DNA of 64,000 bases from Nocardioides sp. (GTDB lineage Bacteria > Actinomycetota > Actinomycetes > Propionibacteriales > Nocardioidaceae): assembly GCF_036267815.1 (NCBI RefSeq), contig NZ_DATAVI010000065.1, forward strand, positions 20,383 to 84,382, in the 5' to 3' direction. Position numbers and translations under genes: made by a program. Below are positions 28,813-38,747 of the stretch, piece after piece; position 1 is the stretch's first letter; every line of letters starts with the position of its first letter. Under the pieces are notes generated by a model. That model did not search any database, was not told the DNA's origin, and worked only from the letters and a program-made list of their open reading frames with translations.

Positions 28813-29087
28813 ACGACGAGGGGCGCTTGTCCGAGAGGTCGCGCACTGGGGGCCAGTGGTGGCGGTCCGTCGACCGAGAGCTGGCGAAGGCCGGCGCTCA
28901 ACGAGCACGAGCTCTTGCTCTTGCTCTTGCCAGGATGAGCTAGCGCGCGAAGTCTCCGAGAACGCGGGGTTGCCGACTCTCTGGCATCCAGCCAGGAGCC
29001 TACGAGCCGGCATGAGTGAGATGGCGTCGCGCACGATCATGTCGCCGCTCCGTCGGGCCGGGAGGATCGATGCGTGACAAGGACGAA

Positions 29088-29115
29088 GGAGCCGGCCCCG
29101 TGAGGGGCCGGCTCC
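29088..29115 (-). terminator. Perfect 12-bp hairpin terminator
   Basis: GGAGCCGGCCCC-GTGA-GGGGCCGGCTCC just after the 29128 sORF stop. Confidence 0.75.
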
Positions 29116-29127
29116 TGTTCGCGGGCG

Positions 29128-29256
29128 TCACAGCCAGCTGAGGCGACGGATCCGACGGTGGCGGCGGCGTACGCCGGTGGGCTGTGCCTGGTGGGTGGGG
29201 TGGACCCGGTCCTCGATGAGGTAGCGGGCCTGGGCCTCGATCACGGTCTCGTTCAT
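29128..29256 (-). CDS. 42-aa small protein MNETVIEAQARYLIEDRVHPTHQAQPTGVRRRHRRIRRLSWL (not in the ORF track)
   Basis: Strong RBS AAGGAG with 7-nt spacing; followed by the terminator; similar to the sORF at 54915. Confidence 0.65.
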   Translation of the reverse strand: MNETVIEAQARYLIEDRVHPTHQAQPTGVRRRHRRIRRLSWL

Positions 29257-29358
29257 GGTGGTGCTCCTTGGTGTGGTTGCTTCGAGCGTGCGGGTTCGCA
29301 CTGCTGTGGTGCTGGACTGGGCTTGCTCTCCTGGCCTGGCTCCTGGTGGTGCTGCCGG

Positions 29359-30183
29359 TCAGACCTGGGCGAGGGTGATGTCGCCGCTGACCGTGCGGGC
29401 CTGGAGCTCGATGTGGTCCTGGCCCTCCTGCGGGGCTCCGACGCTCTCGAGGTTGGAGCGGATGGAGCCGGTGACGGTGTTGATGTCGGTCCAGACCGGG
29501 GTGCCGGCCGGGATGCCGACGCGGACGTCGCTGCTCGCGCCCTTCAGCGTGAGCCGGCCTCGCCGGGCGGTGCCGATGCTGAGGTCGCCGCTGCCGGTGG
29601 ACATCGACACGTCGTCGTTCGCCGTGACGACCTTGAGGTCGCCCGACCCGGTCTTGACCACGGCCTTGGCGTTGGTGCTGCCGACCTCGACGTCGCCCGA
29701 GCCGGTGGAGACGTTGAGGTTGCCGACGCAGGTGCCGATCGAGATGTCGCCCGAACCGCTCTTGACCTGAAGCTCGTCGTGTGCCTCGGAGACCGCGACG
29801 TCGCCCGAGCCGGTGGCGAGACGGGCGGAGCCGGTGAAGGTGTCGCAGGTGACGTCGCCGGACCCGGTCTTGAGGTCGACGTCGTGGATCTGGCCGTCGA
29901 CGCGGATGTCGGCGCTGCCGGTGCGCACCGCGAGGTCGCTGCCGGTGGGGAGGGTGACCCGGACGTCGAGCTCGCGGTCCTTGCCACCGAACCAGCCACC
30001 GCTCTCCTTGGGCGCGACCACCGAGAGCCGGTTGTCCTCGAAGGTCACCGTGACCTCGTCGGCGTGCTGGCCGCGGATGTCGAGCTCGGTCGTGTCGGTC
30101 TCGACAGCCTTGACCTCGACCGAGCCCCTGCCGATCTCGACGTACAGCTCGATCGGCTGGGGGGTCTCGAACTGGCGGTTCAT
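29359..30183 (-). CDS. DUF4097 beta-strand-repeat (putative adhesin/Toast-rack) protein
   Basis: Repeated TGSGD(V/I/L) units. Confidence 0.9.
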   Translation of the reverse strand: MNRQFETPQPIELYVEIGRGSVEVKAVETDTTELDIRGQHADEVTVTFEDNRLSVVAPKESGGWFGGKDRELDVRVTLPTGSDLAVRTGSADIRVDGQIHDVDLKTGSGDVTCDTFTGSARLATGSGDVAVSEAHDELQVKSGSGDISIGTCVGNLNVSTGSGDVEVGSTNAKAVVKTGSGDLKVVTANDDVSMSTGSGDLSIGTARRGRLTLKGASSDVRVGIPAGTPVWTDINTVTGSIRSNLESVGAPQEGQDHIELQARTVSGDITLAQV

Positions 30184-30290
30184 CTGGTGCCTCCTGATGG
30201 CGGGTGGTGCAGGGTGTGGGGATCCGCGGGAGCGGCAGGCTGCCGTCCCTCGTGGTGATGGGTGTGGGGTCTCTGGGTGGTGCCGGCCGG

Positions 30291-30833
30291 TCAGAGCCAG
30301 CCGCTCATCCGCTTGCCGCCGCCGGTGCGACGTCCGCGGCTGTCGAACGGGTCGCCGGCGCCACCGAAGAACGGGATGCTGGACAGGTCGACGTCGATGT
30401 TGATGGCGCCGTCGCGGGTGGCCGCCCGGACGACGCTGACGAGCCAGGTGTTCAGCGACTGGCCGGCGTCGGCGGCGCGCTCCTCGGCCTTGGTCTTGAC
30501 ACTCTCGGGGATGCGCAGGGTGATCCGGGACATCCCGCCCTCTTCGAGCTCCTCCGGCGCCGGGGGCGGCGGGGGAGTCGGCGGGGTCGGCGTCGCGACG
30601 TGCACGAGGAAGTCGAGGTCGCGGCCGCTGAGGCGGACGTCGACGCCGCCGTCGGGCATCTCGGCGGTGATCTCGGCGGCGGCCTGCGAGACGGCCTCCA
30701 TGATCGCCAGCCGGGCGCTGGAGTCGAGGGCGAAGCCGAGCCGCTCGGCGGCCTGGCGGGCCTCGTCCCCGGCGGAGTCGGCCGCGGCGACCATCGAGGA
30801 CCGGAGGCTCTCGACGTAGGGGGTGATGTCCAT
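30291..30833 (-). CDS. Ribbon-helix-helix (HicB-like/Arc) DNA-binding protein
   Basis: RITLRIPESVK...GQSLNTWLV; usual partner of DUF4097 genes in actinobacteria. Confidence 0.8.
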   Translation of the reverse strand: MDITPYVESLRSSMVAAADSAGDEARQAAERLGFALDSSARLAIMEAVSQAAAEITAEMPDGGVDVRLSGRDLDFLVHVATPTPPTPPPPPAPEELEEGGMSRITLRIPESVKTKAEERAADAGQSLNTWLVSVVRAATRDGAINIDVDLSSIPFFGGAGDPFDSRGRRTGGGKRMSGWL

Positions 30834-30844
30834 GTGCATCACTA

Positions 30845-30895
30845 TGACTTCACAGTGACGTCATGTCAAGGAACGCGTGACATCAAATGGTGTCA
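30845..30895. promoter_or_regulatory. Phased array of TGACNTCA boxes
   Basis: TGACTTCA 30845, TGACGTCA 30856, TGACATCA 30878, TGGTGTCA 30888. Confidence 0.6.
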
Positions 30896-31021
30896 TCGCA
30901 GCGTCACGGGTCCCCTACGCCGACGAGCCGCGGGACGTCAGACGAGGTGTTGGCTATCGGCACCAGTTCGTCTGACGTTGCTAGACCTCGGCTCCTGCGG
31001 CCGCCACCTCGGACCGGCTGC

Positions 31022-34000
31022 TCAGAGGTCGAACAGGGAGGTGGACTCGTCGAGGTCGACGGTGCGCGAGGGCGCCGGCTTCGGCTCTTCGGTCTCAGGG
31101 GGTTCGGCGGCGGAAGGCGTCGTAGGAGCGCCGGCGTCGGACGAGGAGGCGTCGCCGACGTCGAACAGGGAGACGTGGTCGGGGAGCCGGGTCGCCTGCC
31201 CGGGCCGCGGCGCGCCCTGCACCTCTTCCGGAGGCTGCTCCGGGGCCGCCGGCTCCTCGCTCCGGCGCACCGGGGCGGGTGGTGCCGGGTCTGTCCTCGA
31301 CTCGGGCAGGTCGAAGAGGGAACCCTCGGGGATCTGGGCTGCGGGCTCGGCCCCGGCCGTGGGCTCAGCGGACTCAGCCGACCGCGGTGCGGGGTTCGCC
31401 TCGGGTCGGGTCTCGGTCTGGCTGGCCGGCAGGTCGAACAACGACCCACGGGTGACGGGCGTACTCGCCTCGACCTGCGGTGTCGCCTCTGGCGCCGTCG
31501 TGGACGCCTCGGAGGCGGGGCTGGTCCCGGCGACGTCGAACAGCGACCCGCCGTCGGAGACCTGCCCGTCGTCAGCGCGACCCTCGGAAGCGGACGGGAC
31601 GTCGGCCGCGCTGGCGGTCTCACCGAGGTCGAACAGCGACTCCGACGCGGCGGCCCCGGGCTCGGAGGCCCTCTCCTCGGGCTCCGCCCCGGTCGCGGGC
31701 TCGGCGAGGTCGAACAGCGACGCACCGGACGGCGCACCGGACGGCGCACCGGACGACGCGGCGGCGGCCGGCCCGACGTCCTCGGTCGCGGTCACCGTGT
31801 CGGCGGTCTCGGTGACGTCGTCGGGCTCCGGCTCGGCCCTGGTCTCGACGCTGCGGGCAGCCGGTGCCGACGGGGCGGCCGGGGTCCTGGTGGCCGACTC
31901 GCCCCGCACCGAGGCCAGCAGCATCTGGGCCACGTCGAGCACCTCGACGTCCTCGCGGGCGTGGCCGTCGGTCTGCTCGGAGGTGAGTCCGTCGGACAGC
32001 ATGACCCGGCAGAAGGGGCAGCCGACGGCGATCTGGTCGGCACCGGTCGCGACGGCCTCGCGGGTGCGGTTGACGTTGATCCGCTCCCCGATCGTCTCCT
32101 CCATCCACATCCGGGCACCCCCCGCGCCGCAGCAGAACGAGCGTTCGGCGGACCGCTCCATCTCGACGTACGACGCGCCGGGCAGCACCTGGAGCAGCTC
32201 GCGCGGCGGGGCGTAGACCTGGTTGTGCCGGCCGAGGTAGCACGGGTCGTGGTAGGTGATCGACCGTTTGGCCGCGCCGGCGCCGTCCTGCACCGGGGTC
32301 AGCCTGCCCTCGCGCACCAGGCGGTTGAGCAGCTGCGTGTGGTGGACGACGTCGAGCTCGATGCCCAGGTCGCGGTACTCGTTCTTGAGGGTGTTGAGGC
32401 AGTGCGGGCAGGTGGTGACGACCTGCTTGACGCGGTACTCCTGGAACGTCTCGACGTTCTGGGCGGCCAGGCCCTGGTAGACGAACTCGTTGCCGGCGCG
32501 GCGCGCGGGGTCGCCGGTGCACGTCTCGCCGTTGCCGAGCACCCCGAAGGAGACGTCGGCGAGGTGTAGCAGCTCGGCCACCGCGCGCACCGTCTTCTTG
32601 GCGCGGTCCTCGTAGGCGCCCGCACAGCCGATCCAGAACAGCCAGTCCACCGACTCCAGCGACTCCAGGTCCTCCCCGACCACCGGCACGTCGAAGTCGA
32701 GTCCCTTGGCCCAGTCCATGCGGGCCTGGGCCGACATGCTCCACGGGTTGCCCTTGCTCTCGAGCCCGCGGAAGAGCTGGTTGAGCTCGCTCGGGAAGTT
32801 GTTCTCGACCAGCACCTGGTAGCGGCGCATGTCGACGATGTGGTCGACGTGCTCGATGTCGACGGGGCACTGGTTCACGCACGCCCCGCACGACGTGCAC
32901 GACCAGAGAACGTCGGGGTCGATCACGCCGTACGCCGACCCGTCCATGATCTCGGGACCGACCAGGGGCCGCTCGAGCTCCTTGACGGCGCTCTCGGGCG
33001 CGCCCCCGGAGTCGCCGGCGAGCAGAGCCGGGGCCGCGGCCATGGCGTGGTCGCGGAGGTTCATGATCAGCAGCTTGGGCGACAGCGGCTTCTCGGTGTT
33101 CCACGCCGGGCACTGCGACTGGCAGCGACCGCACTCGGTGCAGGTCGCGAAGTCGAGCAGGCCCTTCCACGTGAAGTCAGAGATCGCCCCGACGCCGAGG
33201 CGGGCGCTCTCGTCGAGCTCCTCGATGTCGGCCAGGGTGACCGCCTTGCCGGCCGTGACCAGCGGCTTGACGGCCCCGAGCGCGACCGGACGGCGTCCGA
33301 AGAGCACGTTCAGCGGGGCCACGAAGATGTGGAGGTGCTTGGAGTTCAGCACGAAGACCAAGAACGCCAGCATCACGCCGATGTGGAGCAGCAGGCCGAT
33401 CCCGATCAGCGCGGTGCTGTCGGGCAGCACCTTGCCGAGCAGGTAGGAGACGAACGCCGCCCTGCCGTAGCCATGGCCCGTGCCCGCGTCGCGCGCCTCG
33501 ACCGCGCCCCGGAAGAGGAACAGCGTCCAGACGACGTTGAAGATCATGAAGAGCGTGAAGTACGCCGGGCCCAGGTGCGACCCGAAGAACCGTGACCTGC
33601 GGCCGAGCTGCTTGGGCTGGTTGCGCAGCCGGATCGCCCAGAACACCGCGATCCCGGCCAGGGCCATGACCGCGATGAAGTCCTGAACGAAGCCGAGCAC
33701 GGACCAGCTGCCGAAGGCGAACCAGTGCCACTCGGGGTCGCGCGTCAGCAGGATGACGTAGGCCTCGAGGTAGACCGTCCCCAGGATCAGGAACGCCCAG
33801 AACACGAAGAAGTGCGCGGCCCCCGGGACCGACCACTTCAGCAGCTTCCTCTGCCCGAACACCTCCACGACCTGCCGCTTCAGCGCAGCGCCGAGCCGCC
33901 CGGTCACCCCGGCGATGCGGTCGGGCGCCGGCTGGCCGCTGGTGATCAACCGGTAGAGGAACAGCACCCGGCGCGCGGCGATCGGCAGCGCGATCGCGTT

Positions 34001-34039
34001 CAGCAGCAGCCCGAGGATCAGAACGGCGGTCAAGGTCAC
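31022..34039 (-). CDS. Membrane Fe-S oxidoreductase (FadF/heterodisulfide-reductase-like, CCG domains) with long acidic tail
   Basis: CTECGRCQSQCP and CTSCGACVNQCP ferredoxin motifs; CCGAGG; N-terminal TM helices. Confidence 0.9.
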   Translation of the reverse strand: MTLTAVLILGLLLNAIALPIAARRVLFLYRLITSGQPAPDRIAGVTGRLGAALKRQVVEVFGQRKLLKWSVPGAAHFFVFWAFLILGTVYLEAYVILLTRDPEWHWFAFGSWSVLGFVQDFIAVMALAGIAVFWAIRLRNQPKQLGRRSRFFGSHLGPAYFTLFMIFNVVWTLFLFRGAVEARDAGTGHGYGRAAFVSYLLGKVLPDSTALIGIGLLLHIGVMLAFLVFVLNSKHLHIFVAPLNVLFGRRPVALGAVKPLVTAGKAVTLADIEELDESARLGVGAISDFTWKGLLDFATCTECGRCQSQCPAWNTEKPLSPKLLIMNLRDHAMAAAPALLAGDSGGAPESAVKELERPLVGPEIMDGSAYGVIDPDVLWSCTSCGACVNQCPVDIEHVDHIVDMRRYQVLVENNFPSELNQLFRGLESKGNPWSMSAQARMDWAKGLDFDVPVVGEDLESLESVDWLFWIGCAGAYEDRAKKTVRAVAELLHLADVSFGVLGNGETCTGDPARRAGNEFVYQGLAAQNVETFQEYRVKQVVTTCPHCLNTLKNEYRDLGIELDVVHHTQLLNRLVREGRLTPVQDGAGAAKRSITYHDPCYLGRHNQVYAPPRELLQVLPGASYVEMERSAERSFCCGAGGARMWMEETIGERINVNRTREAVATGADQIAVGCPFCRVMLSDGLTSEQTDGHAREDVEVLDVAQMLLASVRGESATRTPAAPSAPAARSVETRAEPEPDDVTETADTVTATEDVGPAAAASSGAPSGAPSGASLFDLAEPATGAEPEERASEPGAAASESLFDLGETASAADVPSASEGRADDGQVSDGGSLFDVAGTSPASEASTTAPEATPQVEASTPVTRGSLFDLPASQTETRPEANPAPRSAESAEPTAGAEPAAQIPEGSLFDLPESRTDPAPPAPVRRSEEPAAPEQPPEEVQGAPRPGQATRLPDHVSLFDVGDASSSDAGAPTTPSAAEPPETEEPKPAPSRTVDLDESTSLFDL

Positions 34040-34073
34040 TCCCAGCGGGTACGGGCAGGGGACTCAGCGGATC

Positions 34074-34898
34074 CTACGGTGAGCGGCGCGGTCCGTGGGC
34101 GGGGGCGCTCTCCGGGTGGCCGGGTGCGCCACCCACGCGGGTCGTCAGGGTCGCGGCGGCGCGCCGTATCTCGGTGGCGAGATCGGTCGCCTCGGCGTGC
34201 CCGACCTCGCTCTCGGAGCCGGGCTCGCGGACCTGATAGGTGACCGCGATGCCGGCGACGGGATGGGCGTTGTGGTCGAGCACGGGCGCGGCGACGCTGG
34301 CCAGGCCGGGGGTCACCTCGCCGTGCTCGGTCGCGTACCCGCGCCTGCGGGTCTCCGACAGCACCGCGCGGAGGGCGCTGAGGGTGCGCGGCCCCGTGCC
34401 GTGCCGGTCGACGAAGGCCGACGTGTCGGGATAGAGAGCGCGCACCTGAGCCGCCGGCAGGGCCGACAGGATCGCCCGCCCACTGGCGGTCAGGTGGGCC
34501 GGGAGCCGGACGCCGACGTCGGTGACCAGCGGTGGCCGGCCGGGGGCCCGCTCCTCGACGACGTAGAGCACGTCGCGCCCGTGCAGCACCGCGAGATGCG
34601 CGGTCCGCCCGGTCCGGTCGACGAGGTCGGTCAGCGTCCGCCGGCTGATCCGCTGCAACGGCTCCTGACGGCTGAACCCGCTGCCGACCTCGAACGCCGC
34701 GATCCCCAGCCCGAACCGATGCTCGTCGGCGAGGTGGACCACGAAGCCCTCCTCGACCATCGCCGTCAGCAGGTGGTACGCCGTGGAGCGAGGCAGCGCA
34801 CAGGTGCGGGCGATCCGCTCGAGCGCCACCGGCTCGGGCTGGCTGGCCAGGAAGCGGAGCACGCGCAGCGTTCGCGTCGCCGCCGGCACCTGTCCCAC
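34074..34898 (-). CDS. IclR family regulator (probable hut regulator)
   Basis: N-terminal HTH LPRSTAYHLL; HLTASGRAIL; divergent from hutH. Confidence 0.85.
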   Translation of the reverse strand: MGQVPAATRTLRVLRFLASQPEPVALERIARTCALPRSTAYHLLTAMVEEGFVVHLADEHRFGLGIAAFEVGSGFSRQEPLQRISRRTLTDLVDRTGRTAHLAVLHGRDVLYVVEERAPGRPPLVTDVGVRLPAHLTASGRAILSALPAAQVRALYPDTSAFVDRHGTGPRTLSALRAVLSETRRRGYATEHGEVTPGLASVAAPVLDHNAHPVAGIAVTYQVREPGSESEVGHAEATDLATEIRRAAATLTTRVGGAPGHPESAPAHGPRRSP

Positions 34899-34962
34899 AG
34901 CCGGGATCGTCCCACGCCGCGTCGCCGGACCGGCCGGCCGGGCGAGCGAGCTCCGAGACTTC

Positions 34963-35412
34963 TCAGTCGGTACGGCGAGCGGGGGTGTCGGCCGCGTGGC
35001 GTGCGGACCCCGACGCCGCGTCCGTGCCCGTCCCGGCGTCGGTGCTGTCGTCGTGCCACACGTCGGGCTGGTAGTCCTTCGCCCGGGTGTCCACGTCGGG
35101 GTCGAGGCGGTCGGCCTCCCGCAGGGTGTCCTCGTAGGCGGCCTGCTCGACCTGATGGCCCTGTTCGGCGGCCTCCGCGCTCTCCTCGGCCCGGTCCGCC
35201 TCGGCCTTCGACAGGTCTGCCTTGGCTCGCAGCTCCTCGGCGTGGCGGTGCGACTCGGTCAGACCGGCGCCCTTCAGCTCGCCCTGCTGGCGCAGCTCCT
35301 GGGCGCGCACCCGGTGTGTCGACGTACGCCGCTTGCGGGTCATGGTCAGGGCCAGGGCGACCACCAGCACCACGACGACGATCACGATCGTCCAGATCAG
35401 CCAGGTAGGCAT
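34963..35412 (-). CDS. Single-TM hypothetical protein with coiled-coil
   Basis: RBS AAGGAGG; N-terminal hydrophobic run followed by RKRR. Confidence 0.75.
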   Translation of the reverse strand: MPTWLIWTIVIVVVVLVVALALTMTRKRRTSTHRVRAQELRQQGELKGAGLTESHRHAEELRAKADLSKAEADRAEESAEAAEQGHQVEQAAYEDTLREADRLDPDVDTRAKDYQPDVWHDDSTDAGTGTDAASGSARHAADTPARRTD

Positions 35413-35437
35413 GACGACCTCCTTCTCCCGCGTCTTC

Positions 35438-35462
35438 GTACCCAAAGCGGCGACCCTCACAC
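35438..35462 (-). promoter_or_regulatory. Possible SigB/SigF-type promoter GTGT-N15-GGGTAC
   Basis: Matches the actinobacterial GNNT-N14-16-GGGTA consensus about 25 bp upstream of the start. Confidence 0.4.
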
Positions 35463-35664
35463 GGCAGGCATCAGGAAGTAGCCCGGCCCGCCCGTCGTAC
35501 GTCCCCCCGAGGGACGCGGTGACGGGCGGGCCGGACCCCCCGAGTCGTGCAGCCGGCTCTCCAACATGCTGCGACTGTGGAGGGAACGAGCGGGCGACGG
35601 GCTTCCATGGGGGGTGGATGGGGGTGGAGCCCGTCGCCCGCTCGAGGGATGGGTCAGCAGGGAG

Positions 35665-36921
35665 TCAGGAGAGTCGTCCGATCTTCAGGCTTGCCTCGCC
35701 GAAGTCCACGACGGCACCCGTGCCGTCGAGCAAGGTCACGCGCAGCCCGATCACCGCGATGCCGTTGTGGGTCCGGGTCACCACCGAGCGTTCGAACTTG
35801 GCCACGCCCGGGATCTCCAGCACTCCGGTCTTCGGGAAGGTCTGCTTCTGGCCCGCCACGGTGACGGTGCCCAGCTGCGTGCCCGTGGTCGACTTGGTGA
35901 CCTTCTTGCCGTGCCGGGTGACGGAGACCTTGCCGACAACGCCCTTGATCACCACCTGGCCACCCAGGCTCACCCGCCCGACCGACGCCCGGGACATGCC
36001 GTGGGCAGAGTCCGTGCCCTGGTTGCCGCGCTCGCTGGAGTTCGCGTTCTGGAAGAGCAGCTGGTCGGCAAGGGAGCCGTTCGCCAGGGACTTCTTCTTG
36101 AGCTTCCCGTTGGTGCCCTGGCACGGCATGTGGGTGAGCGGGTTCGGACCGCTCTCCAGGGTCCCGTCGAGAGCCGAGACGACGTGGGTCGCCGCGGCAT
36201 GTCCGCCGAAGAGTCCGCCCGTCATCCCCGAGTTCAGCTCGGCGTGGGAGTGCGCGACCTTCAGACGCGAGCCGGTCGGGATGACGTCGATGCGCAGTGC
36301 GTACGCATCGGCCAAGGACCCGGTGGCCGACTGCCGAGTCGTGTGCTGGCCGGCGTAGATCGTCGCCACGCCCGGGATCGTGAGGGGCTGGTCGGGCGTC
36401 GGCAGGGGGAAGCTCTCGGCGGGACCGATGGGCGGGGTGAAGGACAGGCCACCGACGTGGGTGGTGGTGGCGGCGTGGAAGCCTGACGCGTCGTGGGAGG
36501 CGGTCGCGCGGGAGGTGATCGCGGTCAACGCCAGCGAGCCGAGCCCGGTCTGCACCAGGTCGATCCGGCCGATCCGGTGCAGCGAGTGCGCCGCGACGAC
36601 GCCGTTCCGCGCGGACGTCCAGAGATGCGTCTTGATGTCCGACGCGGTGCCGAGACCCGGGAGGGTCGCCGTGCCGACGTCGTTCGTACGGTCGCGTCCC
36701 GCCTGGTTCGTGCAGCCGATCGCCCGCCAGCCGGAGGTGGACGACCCGCCCGGGAGCTGGCCACCGTTCAGGTGGGTGCCGTAGCCCGAGCTCTTGAACG
36801 CGAAGCTGGTGCTCCGGGACTGGCCTCCGTGGTGGGTGCCGGCGTAGGTGGGCGCGCTCGCGAGCGTGAGTCCCACGAGGGCCGGGACGACCGCCATGAC
36901 GAGGGTTCTGGGGGGTTTCAT
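35665..36921 (-). CDS. Secreted beta-rich protein with internal duplication (choice-of-anchor P-like)
   Basis: Signal peptide (TYA); two related halves each containing C(T/Q)xxxG and T(I/L)PG(V/L). Confidence 0.75.
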   Translation of the reverse strand: MKPPRTLVMAVVPALVGLTLASAPTYAGTHHGGQSRSTSFAFKSSGYGTHLNGGQLPGGSSTSGWRAIGCTNQAGRDRTNDVGTATLPGLGTASDIKTHLWTSARNGVVAAHSLHRIGRIDLVQTGLGSLALTAITSRATASHDASGFHAATTTHVGGLSFTPPIGPAESFPLPTPDQPLTIPGVATIYAGQHTTRQSATGSLADAYALRIDVIPTGSRLKVAHSHAELNSGMTGGLFGGHAAATHVVSALDGTLESGPNPLTHMPCQGTNGKLKKKSLANGSLADQLLFQNANSSERGNQGTDSAHGMSRASVGRVSLGGQVVIKGVVGKVSVTRHGKKVTKSTTGTQLGTVTVAGQKQTFPKTGVLEIPGVAKFERSVVTRTHNGIAVIGLRVTLLDGTGAVVDFGEASLKIGRLS

Positions 36922-37007
36922 GACGTACTCCTTCCCTGTTGCTTGATATGCGGTTAACGGGGTGGGGGCGGGTCTGTCACGCGTCCGGCGCCAGGTTTTA
37001 CTTAATA

Positions 37008-37025
37008 TTGACGATGCATCGTCAA
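37008..37025. promoter_or_regulatory. Perfect 18-bp palindrome TTGACGATGCATCGTCAA in an AT-rich patch
   Basis: Read directly. Confidence 0.6.
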
Positions 37026-37112
37026 GAGGTTGACTTATTGCTTCCTTAATACTGCCGCAGCGTCCGGGCCACGTCCCTGGAACGTCGCAGGTGCGGCCGC
37101 CGTCGCCGAGGT

Positions 37113-37128
37113 GTCTGGTATCCGAGAC
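37113..37128. promoter_or_regulatory. Putative IclR/HutR operator GTCTGGTATCCGAGAC
   Basis: GTCT...AGAC dyad about 55 bp upstream of hutH. Confidence 0.55.
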
Positions 37129-37184
37129 GTCATCTGTGGTCCGCGCTCTGGCGGTGTCGTCCGCGCCGGGAGTTGGATGACGAC

Positions 37185-38747
37185 ATGCAGACCGTGACCG
37201 TGGGCGTGGGCCCGGTGTCCTTCGAGGACGTCGTGGCGGTGGCCAGAGGCGGGGCAGGCGTCGAGGTGGGGCTCGACGCTCTGGTCGCCATCGACCGGGC
37301 CCGGGCGGTGGTCGAGGAGCTGGCCGCGGCGCCCGTGCCGGCGTACGGCATCTCGACCGGGTTCGGCGCGCTCGCCACCCGGCACATCCCGGCAGAGCTG
37401 CGCGAGCAGCTCCAGCGCTCGCTGATCCGGTCGCACGCCGCGGGCTCGGGCCCCGAGGTCGAGCGCGAGGTCGTGCGCGGGCTGATGCTGCTGCGGCTCT
37501 CGACACTCGCGACCGGCCACACCGGCGTGCGCCGGGAGACGGCGCAGCTGATGGCGGCGCTGCTCACGGCCCAGATCACGCCGGTGGTCCGCGAGTACGG
37601 CTCGCTCGGCTGCTCCGGCGACCTCGCACCGCTCGCGCACTGCGCGCTGGCGTTGATGGGCGAGGGCGAGGTCCGCGACGGGTCAGCACGGCTCATGCCC
37701 ACGGCCGACGCGCTGGCCGCGGCCGGCCTCGCGCCGGTGCGGCTCGGCGCCAAGGAGGGGCTCGCCCTGATCAACGGGACCGACGGGATGCTGGCGATGT
37801 TGGTGCTCGCGATCACCGACCTCCGCAGGCTCCTGCGCACGGCCGACATCGCGGCGGCGATCAGCGTCGAGGCCCAGCTGGGCACCGACCGGGTGTTCGC
37901 CGCCGAGCTCCAGGCGCTGAGACCCCAGGTGGGGCAAGGGCTCTCGGCGGCCAACCTCACCCGCGTGCTCGCGGGCTCGGGCGTGATGGCACATCATCGC
38001 GACGACAGGTTCCATCGGGTGCAGGACGCCTACTCGCTGCGCTGTACGCCGCAGGTCCACGGCGCGGCTCGCGACACGGTGGAGCATGCCGCCGTCGTCG
38101 CCGGTCGCGAGCTCCGGGCCGCGGTCGACAACCCGGTCGTCCTGGCCGAGGAGGGCCGCGTCGAGTCCAACGGCAACTTCCACGGCGCACCGGTGGCCTA
38201 TGTCCTGGACTTCCTGGCGATCGTGGCCGCGGACGTCGCCTCGATCTCCGAACGACGCAGCGACCGGTTCCTCGACCGCTCGCGCAACCACGACCTCCCG
38301 CCGTTCCTCGCCGACGACCCCGGCGTCGACAGCGGCCTGATGATCGCCCAGTACACCCAGGCGGCGATCGTCTCCGAGCTCAAACGGCTGGCCGTGCCGG
38401 CGAGCGTCGACTCGATCCCCTCCAGTGCGATGCAGGAGGACCACGTCTCCATGGGGTGGAGCGCCGCCCGCAAGCTGCGCCGCTCGGTCGACGGGCTCAC
38501 CCGGGTGGTGGCCATCGAGCTGATGACGGCGGCCCGCGGCCTCCAGCTGCGCACGACGGCCGGCGACACCGCGGGCACCAGTCCCGCACCCGCCACGGGG
38601 GCCGTCGTACGCCTGCTTCGTGAGCACGGCGTCGGAGCGCCCGGCCCCGACCGCTTCCTCTCGCCCGAGATCGAGACAGCCGTCGCGCTGGTCGACTCGG
38701 GCGCCGTCCTGACCGCCGTCGACGATGTGATCGGAGAGCTGAGCTGA
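37185..38747 (+). CDS. hutH: Histidine ammonia-lyase
   Basis: [17 protein letters not shown] (MIO), [20 protein letters not shown]. Confidence 0.95.
   Translation: MQTVTVGVGPVSFEDVVAVARGGAGVEVGLDALVAIDRARAVVEELAAAPVPAYGISTGFGALATRHIPAELREQLQRSLIRSHAAGSGPEVEREVVRGLMLLRLSTLATGHTGVRRETAQLMAALLTAQITPVVREYGSLGCSGDLAPLAHCALALMGEGEVRDGSARLMPTADALAAAGLAPVRLGAKEGLALINGTDGMLAMLVLAITDLRRLLRTADIAAAISVEAQLGTDRVFAAELQALRPQVGQGLSAANLTRVLAGSGVMAHHRDDRFHRVQDAYSLRCTPQVHGAARDTVEHAAVVAGRELRAAVDNPVVLAEEGRVESNGNFHGAPVAYVLDFLAIVAADVASISERRSDRFLDRSRNHDLPPFLADDPGVDSGLMIAQYTQAAIVSELKRLAVPASVDSIPSSAMQEDHVSMGWSAARKLRRSVDGLTRVVAIELMTAARGLQLRTTAGDTAGTSPAPATGAVVRLLREHGVGAPGPDRFLSPEIETAVALVDSGAVLTAVDDVIGELS

Noticed and set aside
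28813-29080. Lower-GC gap with (CTCTTG)x3
   Set aside because: No convincing ORF, RBS or structure; possibly an unrecognisable remnant
34952-37128. 8-bp direct repeat TCCGAGAC flanking the two genes between the IclR gene and hutH
   Set aside because: Short and GC-rich; excision between the copies would destroy the putative operator, so likely chance
37600-37625. HutH MIO triad is Cys-Ser-Gly rather than Ala-Ser-Gly
   Set aside because: Known variant in actinobacterial histidine ammonia-lyases; not novel
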